Of a stretch of DNA of 64,000 nt, positions 12,681-27,600 are shown in pieces. The position numbers and the translations under genes were made by a program. This DNA comes from Marsupella aquatica (lineage: Eukaryota; Plantae; Marchantiophyta): contig OZ316898.1 of assembly GCA_973895155.1 (NCBI GenBank), forward strand, positions 808,751 through 872,750, given 5' to 3'. The notes beneath the pieces are model-generated. The model searched no databases, was not told the DNA's origin, and saw nothing but the letters and a program-made list of their open reading frames with translations. The first letter of the stretch is position 1, and each line of letters opens with the position of its first letter.

Positions 12681-15600
12681 TCTCTAATGCTTTTTAGGTT
12701 TGTTGTGGAAAGAGTTATAGAACACCCCTCTTTTGTATTTACTTCAATGCACTTTGTTTGGTTCTTTTTAGTAAATTGGTACTTTTTCTCCGCTACCTCT
12801 GAAGTTGATTGTGAAAAGTGTTATAGAACACCCAGAAAGGTGCATCCGTCTAAAGCTTTTGCCATTGGAAAGTATTAATTTTGCTTTTCGTTTTTTGGAA
12901 ATTGAAAGCTTACTCAATGAGATTGATGCTTGGATGGAACATAACATTTGAGGTAAGGACTACGATGGACCAAGCACTTTTGATAGACCTCCAAGAAGAT
13001 GAGCATTAATAAAAAAGGTAAAAGTGCTATCTGACTATATCTAACATTTCAAAATAGTCATGCAAGTTTTGAAGTCCATGTACTCTGTCTTTTCAAAAGG
13101 TAGTACCTTACAAGACCTTTCTTTTGTGGTGTGTCGTGTCGGAAGCTGGGAGATGGGGAAAAAAAGCCAGATGGAGTGTTTTCAATTGTCACTTTGAACT
13201 CAAGAGCATACTCATTTGTTTGAATGGTCACATTTTTGGGTCTCAAAAGCTACTAGTCCATCTAACTAGCATGGTTAAATATCACAGTCCCTCCAAGCAT
13301 CATTTCACTAAGAGGCAGAGACAAAACTTTGAAATAAATGCTAAACAAGGCTGGTCCACACAAAGATTGAGGATAACATGTAGTTTATTTCTTCTACCAT
13401 CCTTGTTTTTTTGCATAGTCAGAAATATGGTCATATTAGTTTGCCATTGGATACTAAGCAACTTGTGCTATCCCGGGTGTACAGAGAATTGCACATCAAA
13501 ATGTGATAATAGATAATGTATTGTGTCAGTCCATACCATAATAAACCCCGTATATTTTGTTTAAATCAATGAGTGTAATTTTGAGTATTTAATAGGTATC
13601 TAGTTGAGATGTGCAATTAATTGGACCTGTATCCCACTACGGTAGGATTACTTCACTTAATTCACAGTTACAGTCACATCCCATTGACCCATTTGGGCCA
13701 TTTGGCTGCATGGAATGGTCTTGTCTAGTTTTCTGTGAGTCCCTAGTCTAAGGTCTACGGCTACAGCCTCATAATTATGGCCCTCAGCACAGACTTCTTA
13801 TGGGCGAGCTTTATACAGTGCCTAATCTACTCAGCACCTTATGTAATGTACAGGACAGCGCCAACTCGTCCGTACATACTTATTATATTCTTCTGATTCT
13901 CTCGAAACGCGCGCTCGCCGCTCAAGAATCTGTGGTGAGATTGGGAACACATCAACCAGAAACATTCTCTCGAGATCTGCACCGCAGGATCTTTGACACC
14001 ATGGTGAAGTACAGTTTGCAGGAATTGCAGGAGCAGCACTGTATGTAACGGTTCTTCGTCACCGCGGTAATTTTCCCAGTCAACTTGCAGGTAACGGAGT
14101 GGCCGGAGTACAGCCAACTTATAATTATTTATTTTACGTTGTGGCCTCAGTACATTTGGCCATCGTGTGATTTCATGCAACCAAAGCCCTCCTCCCATCA
14201 AAAGGTTAGGGGTCTCAAAACTTCCAATTTAATGGACTTTAATTTAGTAGTAAAAATTTTAGGCACAAATTTTGGACTACCAAATTTGTAGTCCATAATT
14301 TTTGCCATAAAGATTGATTACACACCATTAGTCACAGTAGAGCCTAGTGACCAACCTTATGGCCAAAAGCCATCCTCTGCAACTTTGAAGCTTTCATACA
14401 CCCTAGTGCAACTAATTTTTAATCAAAGGATTTCTAATTGGAGAGAAATGTCACCCACAGGGTCCAAAATCGAATTGAATTTCTCTACGTGATGGCGTCT
14501 TGCTAACAATGTCCTAGACATTTGGAAAGCTTGAGTAAGCTCACCAATAGGGTCTGCCCCACCATATCACCCCCATTTAGAATTTACTGGACACAAAAGC
14601 TTGATTCCCAATTCATATGATGGGGTTCTATATTGTTCATTTGAGTCTTAAACAAATGGAATGTACTCTAGTAACAAACTTGAAACCCCTGATCTGAAAC
14701 CTGGTAAAATGATTGGCCAACAGATGGAAAACAAGATTAGAAGACTCTTTATTTTCTCATTTGCGTCACATACAGAGAGGATATAGGGAAATACACCATA
14801 ACCCAGAAACGGATATATTCCCTCACTCAACTGTGCCATATGGAGCGCGAGTACCATACGAGATCATTTCAGAGTTTTCTCACAAACAACCTTTAGTCAA
14901 ATACACACTGCATCCATCCATGCAAGTCAGCCAAATATGCCTTTTATTGCCTACCCACAGCCACTAACTGTGGCAGCAAAATGACGTGAGAGCTTTCAGG
15001 GCCACGCAATCGATTCTCACTCCCTCCATAGAGGACATGCCACAATTGCATTCCAAGGAACATACCAAGAAGGGAAGGAACATACCAAGAAGAAACTCTT
15101 AGAGAGAGAGGGACCCTATAACCTAGAGCTGGTGTCTAACATAGCGCCAACAAGTAGAGACAAGACCACGTGAGCTTCTGTCTTGTCCCGTTGCAGGATT
15201 TACTGTCGCTGGAAGGAAAAATGATTACACATTAAATTAAGGTATATTTGTTTCAGTGTTGAATATGAATGCTTTTGGATCTTAGTGAGAAACTGATGAG
15301 ACAATAAACTGCCCAATATGTGTAAGTTACGTTATGTAAGGACAAATGTACTTCAGTGGCGAATAAAGAAAGCTGAAAAAAGTGGAAGAGTAAGGTGAAA
15401 AGTAAGTTCCATCTTGTCCACTGATCATCAATTAGAACTTAGAAAGCTGTACATCCTGAAATTACTGTCAAGGGTAATAATCTATGTGTTTGGTTCACAA
15501 TCGTTTTGTTTCCTAAACCAGGGGAAAGCCCCACTCGAGAATTCCTGCACGACAATCGGCAGTAATTTGATTCATAAGTTTGCTGTTATCCACACTCTCC

Positions 15601-18600
15601 GAGTCAGCAGCTAAAGTATTATTTGTATAAAAATAAGTAAGAACATTTCCTACCTTAAAGTCTCATATCGAACAATCTTTTTGTTGTTGTTGCAAGATTC
15701 TTTGGTGTCTTCATAATTATCTATTTAATCTGAAGTACTTAAGGGATAATCAGGCTAGTCATTTTAATCATGACACTCTTCTGTCATAGGTTTGGAAGGA
15801 TCCTCGGGTTTAGGGATCTGAATTCTTGCGCAAGGTTCCTTCCTTTGTTTTCCAACAAAAGAATGGAGGAGTTTAGGGCTAGCAAAACTACCTGCCTGCG
15901 TGCATCACACAATATATACCTTACTCCATGGAATGGGCTAATTTACTGATTGAAGGGAACTTCTCACTGAAGCACACAAATGTCCTCTTGTCCATGCAGT
16001 ATGGGTACTACAACATGAAATAAAGCACCGTTGAACCCAGCCAAAGGGATGAAGCTTTGTGACAACCCAATAATCTACAAAACAAATTATGTAGAGAAGT
16101 GAGACCAGAAGTGAGATGATTGAATGGAAAGTCTAAACTAAGTACTTAAATAATGAGCAGGCTTTTCTGTACCATGCTGATACCTTGTATATTTTCAAAC
16201 ACAACAAACAGACTATATGCACAGAAATAGGGATTGTCGCAGCTTTCCCAGTCCTCTTGAGATACTGTGTCTAGGGCATAATGGAGAAACTGCAATGGTG
16301 GAACTATGAAAATTGAATGGGAGGGATTTTGGCCAATAATTGCTTCTGTCCCTCTGGAAAATTCTCTCCGTCACAAGGAATACATTTTGCTGGTACCAAA
16401 CCAGTGAAATTCACCCAGCTTGGATTAAGAGAGATTGTAAGCAATCAAGCTCAGGATTACTGTTTCTTACGTCAGGCTTGTAACATTTGCAATCTCTATC
16501 TTTCAATGAATGACATTTCAATAAAGTACCATAATGGACTAGAGAAATAAGCTAAAGACCAGAATATATAATAAAGGATGCTCACTGCTATTACCCAAAA
16601 AATAAGTGACCAAAAAGTGAGTAACCATAACTTCTAGCATTGAGGAGGCAGATTGACTCATCAAACTGTGGTTAACGTGCTATGAACTCAAAGATCAACA
16701 ACAACTGCCAGTGCCTTAGAGCAAAGCATATAATCCCAAAGCTCTTCTGGTAGTTTCAGTCCTATTCAAATCCTGAGTGCAGTCAACCGTGCATAAGTGC
16801 AACATGTATAAGTACAGGCTAGCCACATAGTCCCCTCAGGACTTCCTTAATGTTATAACATTTCCCCTTTTTATAATATTAACAAAGTAGTGCACCAAAA
16901 AATGCAGTTTGCACAAGTGAAGGTTAAAATTTCACTACTGAACATTCAACAAATACCAGCACTAACAATAAATACTTAAGTGCATGCCTGTCTATAAGTG
17001 TGCACACATATTTATCAGTAACTACAACACAATGTAAAAAGTACTTATTGATATTAAGGGCAAACAGACAATTATATGAGGTACTTTCATGGACGTATTT
17101 ATCCAGATGGATTATGCACTAGGAGGGCTTGGGGTATGAGGAATTTGATATATGTGACCAAGCAGCACATTATATGAGCAAGTGCATAAGCTGTTTCCTA
17201 TGCACTTAATGGATAGTGCAACCATGTACATATAAAGAAGTGCACAAATGGTATTTTCTGCACTTATAAAATGTGTGAAATGAATTTTGTATGTGAACAC
17301 CTGTATGTAATAAAGTAACCATGTGTTTGATATGTTGATTGAACTAGTATTGCTTGGACTTTTTGTAACCAAAGAGGGCCGGAGTATCACACCATCTTTG
17401 CATAGAAGCAAACTGTGGGGGTAAACATTTGTCCATCAGCAAATATATAGTCTTAGTCTGACTTGCAAATTGGAGGTACTGAAAAGATATCCATTTTCTC
17501 CTCAAAATGTACATGTGCATGCAAGGACTCATTCTAAAAAACATAAAAGAGTGAACCACATGTTACATGGGATGGTTACCATTGTTTGGTTGAGATTGAA
17601 GGTTAGATCTTGCATGCCAAGTCTTTACAAATGTGTCCATACTTTTTGGAAGTCTCAATCTTCTTGGAAGTGTGCAAAACATTTTTGAAAGTGTGTCCAT
17701 TCTTTTTGGAAGTGGAAATTAGTCCTTTCTCTATCCTTTTGCGGTTGTCCATTTTGCGTCCTTTGACTGTACCTTTAAATCTTGCCATCCACCTGTACAG
17801 GAGTTTCTTGAAATGATCAGAAAAATTCAGCTTGCCATTCTATGCGCTCACGGGTGCGCACATGAACCTAGTTCATAGATGTAGATTGGAGTACTGTAAG
17901 TTGGTTCCCAATTGCTGGGATATTGCCTAAGTTTCCAACACCCACCCTCTCCCCAGGTGAACCTCCCTAAAACCTCCCCCAAGAGTATGACTATTTTGGA
18001 CTTTTCCTGTTTAGGTTCCAAGATTTTCATTGAATTCAGTCCATTGACAGACTGACTTTTACTTTTAATTGCTTGTTTTGAGTCTTGTTGCTGATTCAGC
18101 CTCTGGTTCACACTTTTGCGTGTGAATTAATCATGGTTTGTCACGGTAGTCTTGTGCGGGAAGAAGATCAACTTTCTAAAGGGAATGGATCATTTAGGGC
18201 TCCAAGAGAAAAGAGCTAGTCAATAAGATGGAAATTATTTTAACCATATAGTAGGCGCTGGAAAATTTTCACCCAATACAGACGTAAATTGGATTTTTCA
18301 ATGGTCAACGTATGAACTTGGGGGTGAACTTAGTGCATATTTTGGGGTACTATATGCAATCATACTAGCTTAACATATAGAGCAAAGACAACATTCACAA
18401 TGGCAAGCCCATTTATTTATCATCCGGACCGGACCAACGCACCAAGTAGTCAACACCAATAGATATGTGGTTCATCTCAATTGAGGCTATATCCACGGGA
18501 ACACACAAGAGTTGTACTCCACTCTAGGCCCGTCAACCATCCTAGTCTCTGCAATACAAGTTCTCTCTATCTCTCAATTGGCTCCCCCATTGGCTCCATA

Positions 18601-21600
18601 ACAATGAGCCTTAGTGGGGCCTTAGTTCCTCCTATCCAAGGAAACATTGCTTTTGGATATTAATAGTGAGCAACATGACTAACCTAATCAAGTCCATGAC
18701 TAAGTTTAGCCCTAGTAACTATGGTTACAGTTGTAATCCTAGACCTAAGAGTGAATATCTAACATAATATAAATACTCTTATTTTTAATAGAATACTCTA
18801 AGAAAATTCTCCATTCTCAAAAATAATTAACTATTTTCATTTACAAAAGGTATATATTGGAGAATTCTTTAAATTTGGATTTAGAATTGTCTTCTTTTAT
18901 CTCATAACTTCCATAAAAAATACCTAAATTTTTGAATTGTACATGGTATCTATAATGTTTTGGTAATCAATCCCCTGAGCATGTGGACATATATATTTTT
19001 AGCCTAGGGGGGGTGAGGGGACTATATGGACGACCATCATGTGATGACACGTCCTGTGACACGTATGCATCTTGACAACCCCCATATTTCCAATGAAGAC
19101 TTAATAAGTCTTCTGACCGCCAAAACCATTTAAATGACCCTATACATACTTTGTCACACAAGATATGTCACTTCCATGAAAGTTACCATGAGTCTTTCTC
19201 CTCACTGATCAAAGTTGCTTGTACAGATTTCTAGCAATGACAAATTGGTGTCAAACAAAAGTTTGTCATTTAAACAACTGGATACCAGAATCTCTAACTA
19301 TGGCCCACTAGCTCTAAGATTAAATTGTAAGGTTTGGCTCTCCACCCTTTCTTTCATCGTGGTAACCAGGCTCCCAACCAGGATTTTGTATTTTTTGTGT
19401 AAATTAGAGGCTTGACCTCCCAATTCAATGGTCCTCACTTTGGTCAACAGGGGATTCTAATTTGTGCACGATTGTAGTTGCACAAGCATTCACTATGCTC
19501 TTTAGGGGTGCTAAGGCTGTTGTTTTTTTGGGTCTCTTGTCAAATTCCTCCTCGCGACCTCAATCATATCATGTAGTTTACTTTTTAGTTTGGGGTTGCA
19601 TCTGGTTTTCAGTTTGTTGCTAAACAAGGCTTTAGTTGTTTTGTGTTTTAGGGTTTGGGTCTCTTTGGGTTTGAATGTCGCTCTTACTAGCTTAAATAGT
19701 CTTAATGGGTTACCCTTTATACTGGTTTCTCCCCTTTACTAGGACTTCTGCCTTAGGGATCCTATCTCCCAGCGGGGCTGTTTTCTTTTGGCAGTTTTTC
19801 TTATATATGTTTTTATTTAAACACTCATAAATGCTTAATCTTTCCTTTTCAATCACTCCTTACTGAATTCTATCTTTTCCCATGAGAGTAAGATAAATGA
19901 TTTTGAACAATGTGCACAATCATCTGGTCTAGTGTTAACTTCCCATCATGGTTTCCTTTCCAAAATTTATGTTTTTAATAGAGTTGACTGTCATTATCTA
20001 CAAGCAAGTGAAAATCTATACCTTATCTATACATTATACAAATCTGTACCTTTGTAGTTTTCATGTTATTATGTGTTTTTCTTTGCATATGTACTTATGA
20101 TTTTGTGTATTATCTTCCACTCACTCTTAATCAAGAGATACTATTCTTGGCATGTACTTTAGATCTACTCTCTTCTCTTATCATAAATAAATTAGATGAA
20201 TTATATATCATTACAAGACCAAGAAAAAAAAAAGGGCATCTTCCAGGATGAACATACCATATAGCAAAAATTTATGTAAATGTGAGCTACATATCAAATG
20301 TGCGATGCACTTATGTATGTTTGTGACATTCCCTACCAGTATATATAGATATGAGGCAATGAAACATCATCGAAGTCATGATTGAAGTGAACCCAATGGG
20401 CCACCATTGTAAGAGCCAATAGTGGCCACAAGACTTTGAAAGCTCTTATGAACCATGGATTGAATCCCACTCAGTCTACGTGGTCCCCATAAACAGAAAG
20501 CTAGTCCACAATATTAATTAATGAATGTTATATCTTCCCAGGTTCAGTCACGTGAAGAACCTGAAGATCTTGCTATTGTTAATTAAGAATATAAACTCAT
20601 TGACAATTCTAATTGAGATCTTCTGTAAATATGGTTTTGTCAATCTGCACGCGAATCTAGAACAGATTCGTTTACAATCATCCGGAAATGGTCCCATGTG
20701 AGACGTGAGACAATGTCGTCGGCAATTATTAGATCGTTCGTTCTCCCGTTCGTTCTATAGCTACAGCTATAAATGCAGTGTTAGAAGCACTAATTTATGC
20801 AACCCATTGATACCAATGAATATACTTCACAATTATGGTCAAACATTGAAATTCCCTCAAGGTAGGCACTTGGTGAACATCAACCATAGACCTTGTTCAA
20901 TTCCAATGCAAATTCTTGAGCTAAATCTATTTCTACACTGAAGCTGACTAAGTTTAGCTCCTCCAACAAGGCAAGTGTGTCTGCTCTTAGATTCTCCTGT
21001 TTCACGTAATGATCTCTTTCACCGGTATTTCCGGATATCGGAACCTGTTGAACATGGGACCATGCCGGATCGAGCAGAATTCTCGATCAGGCACATGGTA
21101 CTCTATGCAGATTCCTGGACTTGCGAAGAGATAAGGTCCGCACACGTTTACTAGTTTTGTACGCTTTGGATAACGCACAAGCGCTTGCTGCACACGGTGG
21201 AAGCTTGAGCTTAGATCTCTCAACTGCTGAATTGTCCAGCAGCTGAATTTCCATGATATGCTCTACATCACCAACACTTGCAGGACAGGCGAGCCAAACT
21301 TCATTAAGTGCTGGCCGAAACTTCTCTAGAGCAGAACGATGCCAAAATCTCTGCAGAGAGGAGAATATGACATCTCGTTGAACAGCAACACAGACTATTA
21401 TCCTAAAGCATGACACCACTGGTTCTTGCAAACGTCCTAACCTCCGAGACTCCACCTTGCAAGAACTCTTGCAAGAATCAGTGGAGTCATGCGGGTTCGC
21501 ACACTGCTTGTGGTCTTCTGGATTCTTGGAGGTTAGGACGTTCTTAATAGTCTCACTAGAGTCTCTTGTCAACCACAGTCAATACCCTGAACTAAACTTT

Positions 21601-24600
21601 TACTGGATGACTTTCTATGCAGAAGTAATTAAACGTGGGATCAAGTTTACTCAACAAGGACCACCACAATTAATACAAGAAAAACTGGAGAAAAAAGTTG
21701 AACCTTACGTAGAAAAGCTAGGCAGAGTTCGAACATCTCCTGTAGTACTGGACAGATCCATAGTTTACATACATTTAGGCCCCCAAAGTAAGGCAAGATT
21801 ATTCATTTGTTTCTCTGTAATATTCTTGTCTATTCTAGAAAAGCAGTCATTCCTTTCTACAAGGCCAATTTAGGGAAGAATCCCACTTGTCACCATTACG
21901 TGGACAAACACAATTCGGTCACAACTCTTTAGAAGTCATTTGCCTTTTCAGTCACCAGACAGTGTCCTCAATTACTTTCCTCTCCGGGTTGCTTTGGAAA
22001 TACCACTTTAATTGAAAAGACAAACACCCCGGAAAAATATGCTAATAATTATTGCTGATCCATAGAACCCCGAAAAGTGGACGCCATCATTGCGAGGACT
22101 TCAAAATGGATTTTGGCTACTCTTTTGTGTCAGTGGTGACGACCTAGATTTGCATGTTCGTATAAAGTTTAGAGTTGCCAAGGAGCGTGCGAAATCTGAC
22201 AGGAGAAAACTATTCTAAATTATGTGTAGACGATGAGAACCTGAAATCAAGATTAATGTATGACCACTTCTTTTAACCGCTATCGCAATGAAGAGAACAC
22301 GAAATCCCGGTACTAATCCAACAAATTCGAGCTACAGGAAAACCTACATAGATCATTGTGGTAAGACCTTGCTCCCGTGGGCCGTGTTCTGATCGTAGGC
22401 TTAAATAGGAACTTAAGGAAATACATTCACATAGAACAAGACTAGACATGGCTTGATAACTCTAATTTCAGGTTCTTGGGTTCTCAGCATTGAGAATTAA
22501 ATTTTAATCTTGATCTCATTTGTTTCATTCGACAGTTTACAATATTTGGTAGATAAAAAACTGTTTGTTCTGAATTCTCTTCAGCACGTGTCATGTTGAC
22601 CGTACAACGCCAGATTTTAAAGTGATACCCTGCTTGTGATGCCAAATCATTGGGGATTAGAACTGAGCTGTAAGTGTTTTTGATGTCCTTGTCATGTGAA
22701 GCACTTTCATTTCTTCACGTCAATGAAAATAGGGAGGACGTTCATGGCCAGCTAATTCCGAGTAGCTCCAAATTTGAGAGGATACGTTTGCTACGATGAG
22801 AATGTATGAAAACTCACAAACTGTTTATAAGATTATTCTAATGAACCAACAGTGCACACATTAGAATAATCTTTTAAACAACGATGAGCGCAGTCTCCTA
22901 CGAGTAAGTTCTTCATGGCTCCGGCCAGTACACAAATTAAAGCTCTTTAAACCTTCAAATTGAATAGACTTTGTGATTGTAGTAGGTTTGTTTCAATCTC
23001 TTTCCAGTACAGCCGTTGTGGTAGTTTGATAAAGTAACACTGATGGAGCTTCATTCTGATCACGTAGTTTGCAATATGTGTAGGGGGATAGTTTGCAGCA
23101 TGATGCTGGTGATGAGCTGGACGTGAAATACTTTCGTAGCTCCATTTGGTGTCACTACATACCCGTTCAGTACCGGTCACATAATGGCACTCTCCAGCGC
23201 CCAGCGACTTCAAAAAGTTTGACGATCAATATATATCTGCAAGCTTTTTGCCTCGGCTGTTGAAAAGAAATTATCACCTGATCTTGTCGCACTCGCTCAT
23301 AAACTTCACACATGCTGCACTAGATTGCTGCAGATTTTTTTATTGTAGGTTGGTCGTGCATAGAATTGTTCCACGGCCAGATGAAGTATATCACAAGGAG
23401 GTGTTTCCTTGGTGCATTCTGGATTCCCTGCTACTAGCTAGGATTGAAGGCCAACGTTCTGGATCAGTTTGTAAGTCACATAAGTCCTGAACGTTCCGAT
23501 GAAAGTAGTGCAGTTCTGAATTAGAATTTCGTTCTTAAACCCACGTTGAGCCCGGACTTTGAGTGACTTGTTTATTGTTGTTGGTGACACCTAACCTTCT
23601 AGTGTACCACGGGCCCAACCAATACCAATTGGGAAGAGGGCCGACAACAGGAGTCTGTAAGCACGGACATTAATTCTGCAGAGGGTTATGCTGATCAAAT
23701 CCGGTGCGACTGTAGACACAGACATAAGACTGACATCAGATATTCTCGGCCACGTACGCAATGAAATTTCCACCCTTTAAGATATCACATCGAGGTTGAA
23801 CGAGGTTCTCGTACGAGCTACTGCAACCAAGGGACGAGAAACTCTGAAAATTCCTTAACTGGGTCTGCTAATCCTCTCCGACATCCTTGTCGATCGCTTC
23901 CAGGGAGGTAATTTTCTATATACCAAACATCAGAATCAAATAAATGACTAGCTAGTCATGAACTTCTCTGGCGATCATGATATTGTCGTTTCCTTAGAGA
24001 ACCTGAGGCTAAAAATTAATTATGAGCGTCGAGCCTACTTTTCTATGTAAATTGTTAAGGACGAGGATACGTAGCGATATATTCAGGTCAGTGAATGCGA
24101 ACTGTCTCCTCAATCGCTTGTCACAGCTCTCTGGACAGGCTTCAATTTAACCAACAGGCAAAGGAGACCTCCAGTACTCTATCTGGCCAGCTTGCAGATT
24201 GGACTCACGCTTGGATTTCCCGACCTTCCGGCCAATTCCACAACCTTCAAACTTACATCGGACCTCTGTGAAGCACTGTATCCTGCTTCAGGAGGGTTTT
24301 TCAATTTTGTTCGCTAATGTGTAATCCGCATTTCTTCCTAGCAGAACGGGGTCGGATGAAAGTATCAATTTCTTCTTTGTTTCTCGTAGTACTGGTTTCG
24401 TGCCGGGAACGAGTTTTCAGAACCTCTTTCCCCAATTTGAAAGGGCAGGCTATCTTTCCACTTTACTGTGTTGCTCCAGCGCGCTAATGTCGATCATTGT
24501 TATCTCGTCTAGCTTGAAATAAGGGTCTCACTTTGCAGTGATGTCGTGGAGTAGATTGTTTGTGGGTTTCGATGGTAGGATGTAAGTCTCTTTTCTGCGC

Positions 24601-27600
24601 GAAGTCTGTTGTAGCACTATTACGTACTGTGGCAATGTTCTTCGCTACGACCCGAAAATGATTGCTGGAAGAGTTCTAACCTAATATTTCAGTAGATTTC
24701 CAGCAATTCATTTTCGTACCATTTAGGAGTTGCAGTCATGTCGCAATTATTATACCCTGCAGCCAGCTAGAATTTTTAAGAATACTGATTAGAGCTGTAT
24801 CCGAGTGCAATAACTCTTGAAGTCAGTGACGAATTAAATTTGAGGCTCTTCGAAAACAGGAAGCTCGACATCAATCTTTACACGCAGTTCATTGTAGATC
24901 AAAATTTGGTGCAGTCGACGGAATTCTGTCCACAACATATTCTCTTCTCCCACATTTGTTTGCTTTTCATGCTGCAAGTTGATCAGAAATTCTATGTATT
25001 TTTTCAAAGGTAGACACTTAAGTAAGGAATAAGTACCATGTTCCTTAAGACTTCCACAGTGCTCTGTGAGAAGTTTGCTTTCCCCTTGTTTACTTTGTCA
25101 TGTACTGTCTATTATCATTGTTTCCCAGACCCTGTGGTATATGACGCATTTGCCCATTGGACTCCAGGGGCATATCGTTCTTGATTCTCGATCAGTCATT
25201 CAAGACCTATTTATCTGACTATATCATCCACAGAATCATCAAAGAAGCAAGTACTATATTATTTTGTGACTAGCAGAAATTATACTCACCTGATGCATGA
25301 AATTGGAAAGAATTGCAGTAGCAACACCAGCATAACTTGAAGGCTTTGGCTGGGCCTGCCCGAAAGCCAGTTGTTATATCTGACTGGCTGGAATGTTTTC
25401 CTCTTCAACACTCTCGATTCCCGTTCACAATCATGTTCTGAACTGAGAAGTGGAAGTCAACCCACCAAGCGACATTATTGTTAGACAACTCAGGAAAAAT
25501 CAGACCCGCACATCTGCGGTTGCATGTATTGGAGAAAGTTCGAGACTGATACAAACAGTAAAATAAAATCCAAGTTACTAATAGAAAACTGGAAAAAATG
25601 AAATGAAAAAACGGAATCCAGCTCTATTAATGATCGGGCATATCGATAAAAGGTAGCGCAGCTTTTCGAAGATCCTGGAAAAAAATGTGAAAAGTTACAG
25701 ACACATGGGTAGGGACGGTGGGGTGTGCTCGGGCCATGTGGGTTGCTGTCTAACGATTCGTCCAAGGAGCTTTATCTGAGACCAGAAACACTTTGCAAGA
25801 ATATTAAACCCCCAAAAAGCGCAGATGGCCCGAAGACTTTGGAAGCTTTTCTACGCCAGTCAGCGAAAGGTGAGGCTGGGTCCCAACATGAGAACTCACC
25901 TTGATGATTAGTTTGCATCAGTTTCCATCATTCCAGAGCTTAAAAAAATTGCTCGTCCGTCAAGGCGCACCCAATCAACCAACCGACATGCCAACAAACT
26001 GCCTGGTGCCTCAGTTTCCTTAGTTTGCGGAGGGACCAAATAATTAAAACCATATGTTTGTGGATTGTTGAGAACAGAGTGCCATTGGTCCGTGTTCGTG
26101 CCCTCGAGCGCCATGTGTGCTCTTCACCTTTTTTATTCCCGACACGGGATACCAAGAATTTTAATAAACGAGTTGTACTTCATCTTTTCGGTGTCTCGCA
26201 ATAACTTGACCGAGATTTCCGTTTCAAGGAAAAGAAAGGAAAGGAAAACCAAAAAAGCAAAACATGCAGTGTCCTACTTTTTTAATAAAGGGAGTCACCT
26301 TTTGAACAAGCCGCCCAAAACAATCCATTTCTTGAGCCTCCCGTTGCGAGTCCCCTGACGCATCCAGTATGTTCACTTTAGTTGTAGATATAGTATATAA
26401 AGAAACACGATCCAACATAACATGCATGAGGTTGGGACGATGGGGACAATTGTCTGAAGGTCATTTGTTTTCAACTGGCAACTTCTCATCATTCAGCTTC
26501 AAGGTTAGAATACAGTTTGGGATACAGACACCCCTTTGAGTTCCTGCTAGTCAAGACTGAAAATAGGGTCCTTGTGCCCACTGTAGCGTCCCTTCTTGTC
26601 TTTGTTTAGGGAACACGGTCCAAGAAGAACTGCTGTAGATTTGCTTATTAGAAATTGAGTGGTAGTCGCAGGTCATAGCAAGAAGTCCAGGTGGAAAAAC
26701 AATTCTTCCTTTGTTGTTAATTTTCCTCAGCAGTAACGCATGAATTAATTCAAAAGTGCATATCCCAGCTTATACGAAGCATATAATAAATTGGGATTAG
26801 ACTAGGTTTAGACTAGATTACTTATTACTGGGTTGTCAGGTCAAGGATGCCGATTTGGGAACCCACTAAACCTTGTATCTAATTTTTAAACCACTATGTA
26901 TTCCTGTATTGTGTCTAACAGTGAAAATGTGGGTCCCACTAGCTGGAACTGTTTCCATCCTGAAAACCTTCGTTAAGGTTCCGTGTTTCCTATGTCGGCG
27001 ATGCAAGCCTTCACTATTCTGGGAGGCAACCGTACGAAGTCTTAAGCAAAAACTTTTAGAAAAAGGACACAGAGCTAGTGCATTCTTCTTAGTGAAGCTT
27101 GTGTTTGCTGTAGTTCACTTCATGAGCCAAAAACTACTGAATTTTCAAAAAAGGGCCAGGGGACTCACCATGTCGATGTTTCAGCAGTTGAGTGTCTGTA
27201 CCGCCCACCAGCTGTTACATTCAATTGAAGAGCTTAGACAGGTTCTAAGGCCAATCCTAAACCGACTCAAACCTGCTGAATTACACTGGGTCAGTTCAGC
27301 CCGTGGAAAATCATATACGTCAGCTCACGATCAAGTGAAGCATGTCCACATTTCTTTCCAGATGATAACAAGCTCATAGTCAGGACCAAATCTTCTCAAC
27401 CCCAGGAGTTGAACCTGGCAAGACGTCCTCATACGTGGTTTGACACAACCAGCAACCAGCAAGCAAAGATGAAAGATCACGCAGCAAGCAAACCATGAAC
27501 GAATCACATCCCGATATTCAGTTACACACTCAAAACAAAGGACGAAGTAGGAAGACAGCGAGAATCAACCCATATCAGCTTCCCCAATCCATGACCTAAC

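Noticed and set aside
15100-18120. Possible decayed multi-exon gene or transposase fragments on the minus strand
   Set aside because: Candidate exons could not be chained (a 43-nt intron, in-frame stops) and no family motif was recognised.
21087-21572. 161-aa minus-strand ORF, and similarly the 168-aa ORF at 26873-27379
   Set aside because: Non-ATG starts, no motifs and no exon chain that I could support.
27114-27339. Identification of the hairpin as SRP RNA, telomerase RNA or a conserved miRNA precursor
   Set aside because: No SRP helix-8 or Alu motif and no Pol III promoter. Only 8 nt (CCTAAACC) resemble a telomere template. No conserved miRNA sequence was recognised, and there are too many bulges for a canonical duplex.
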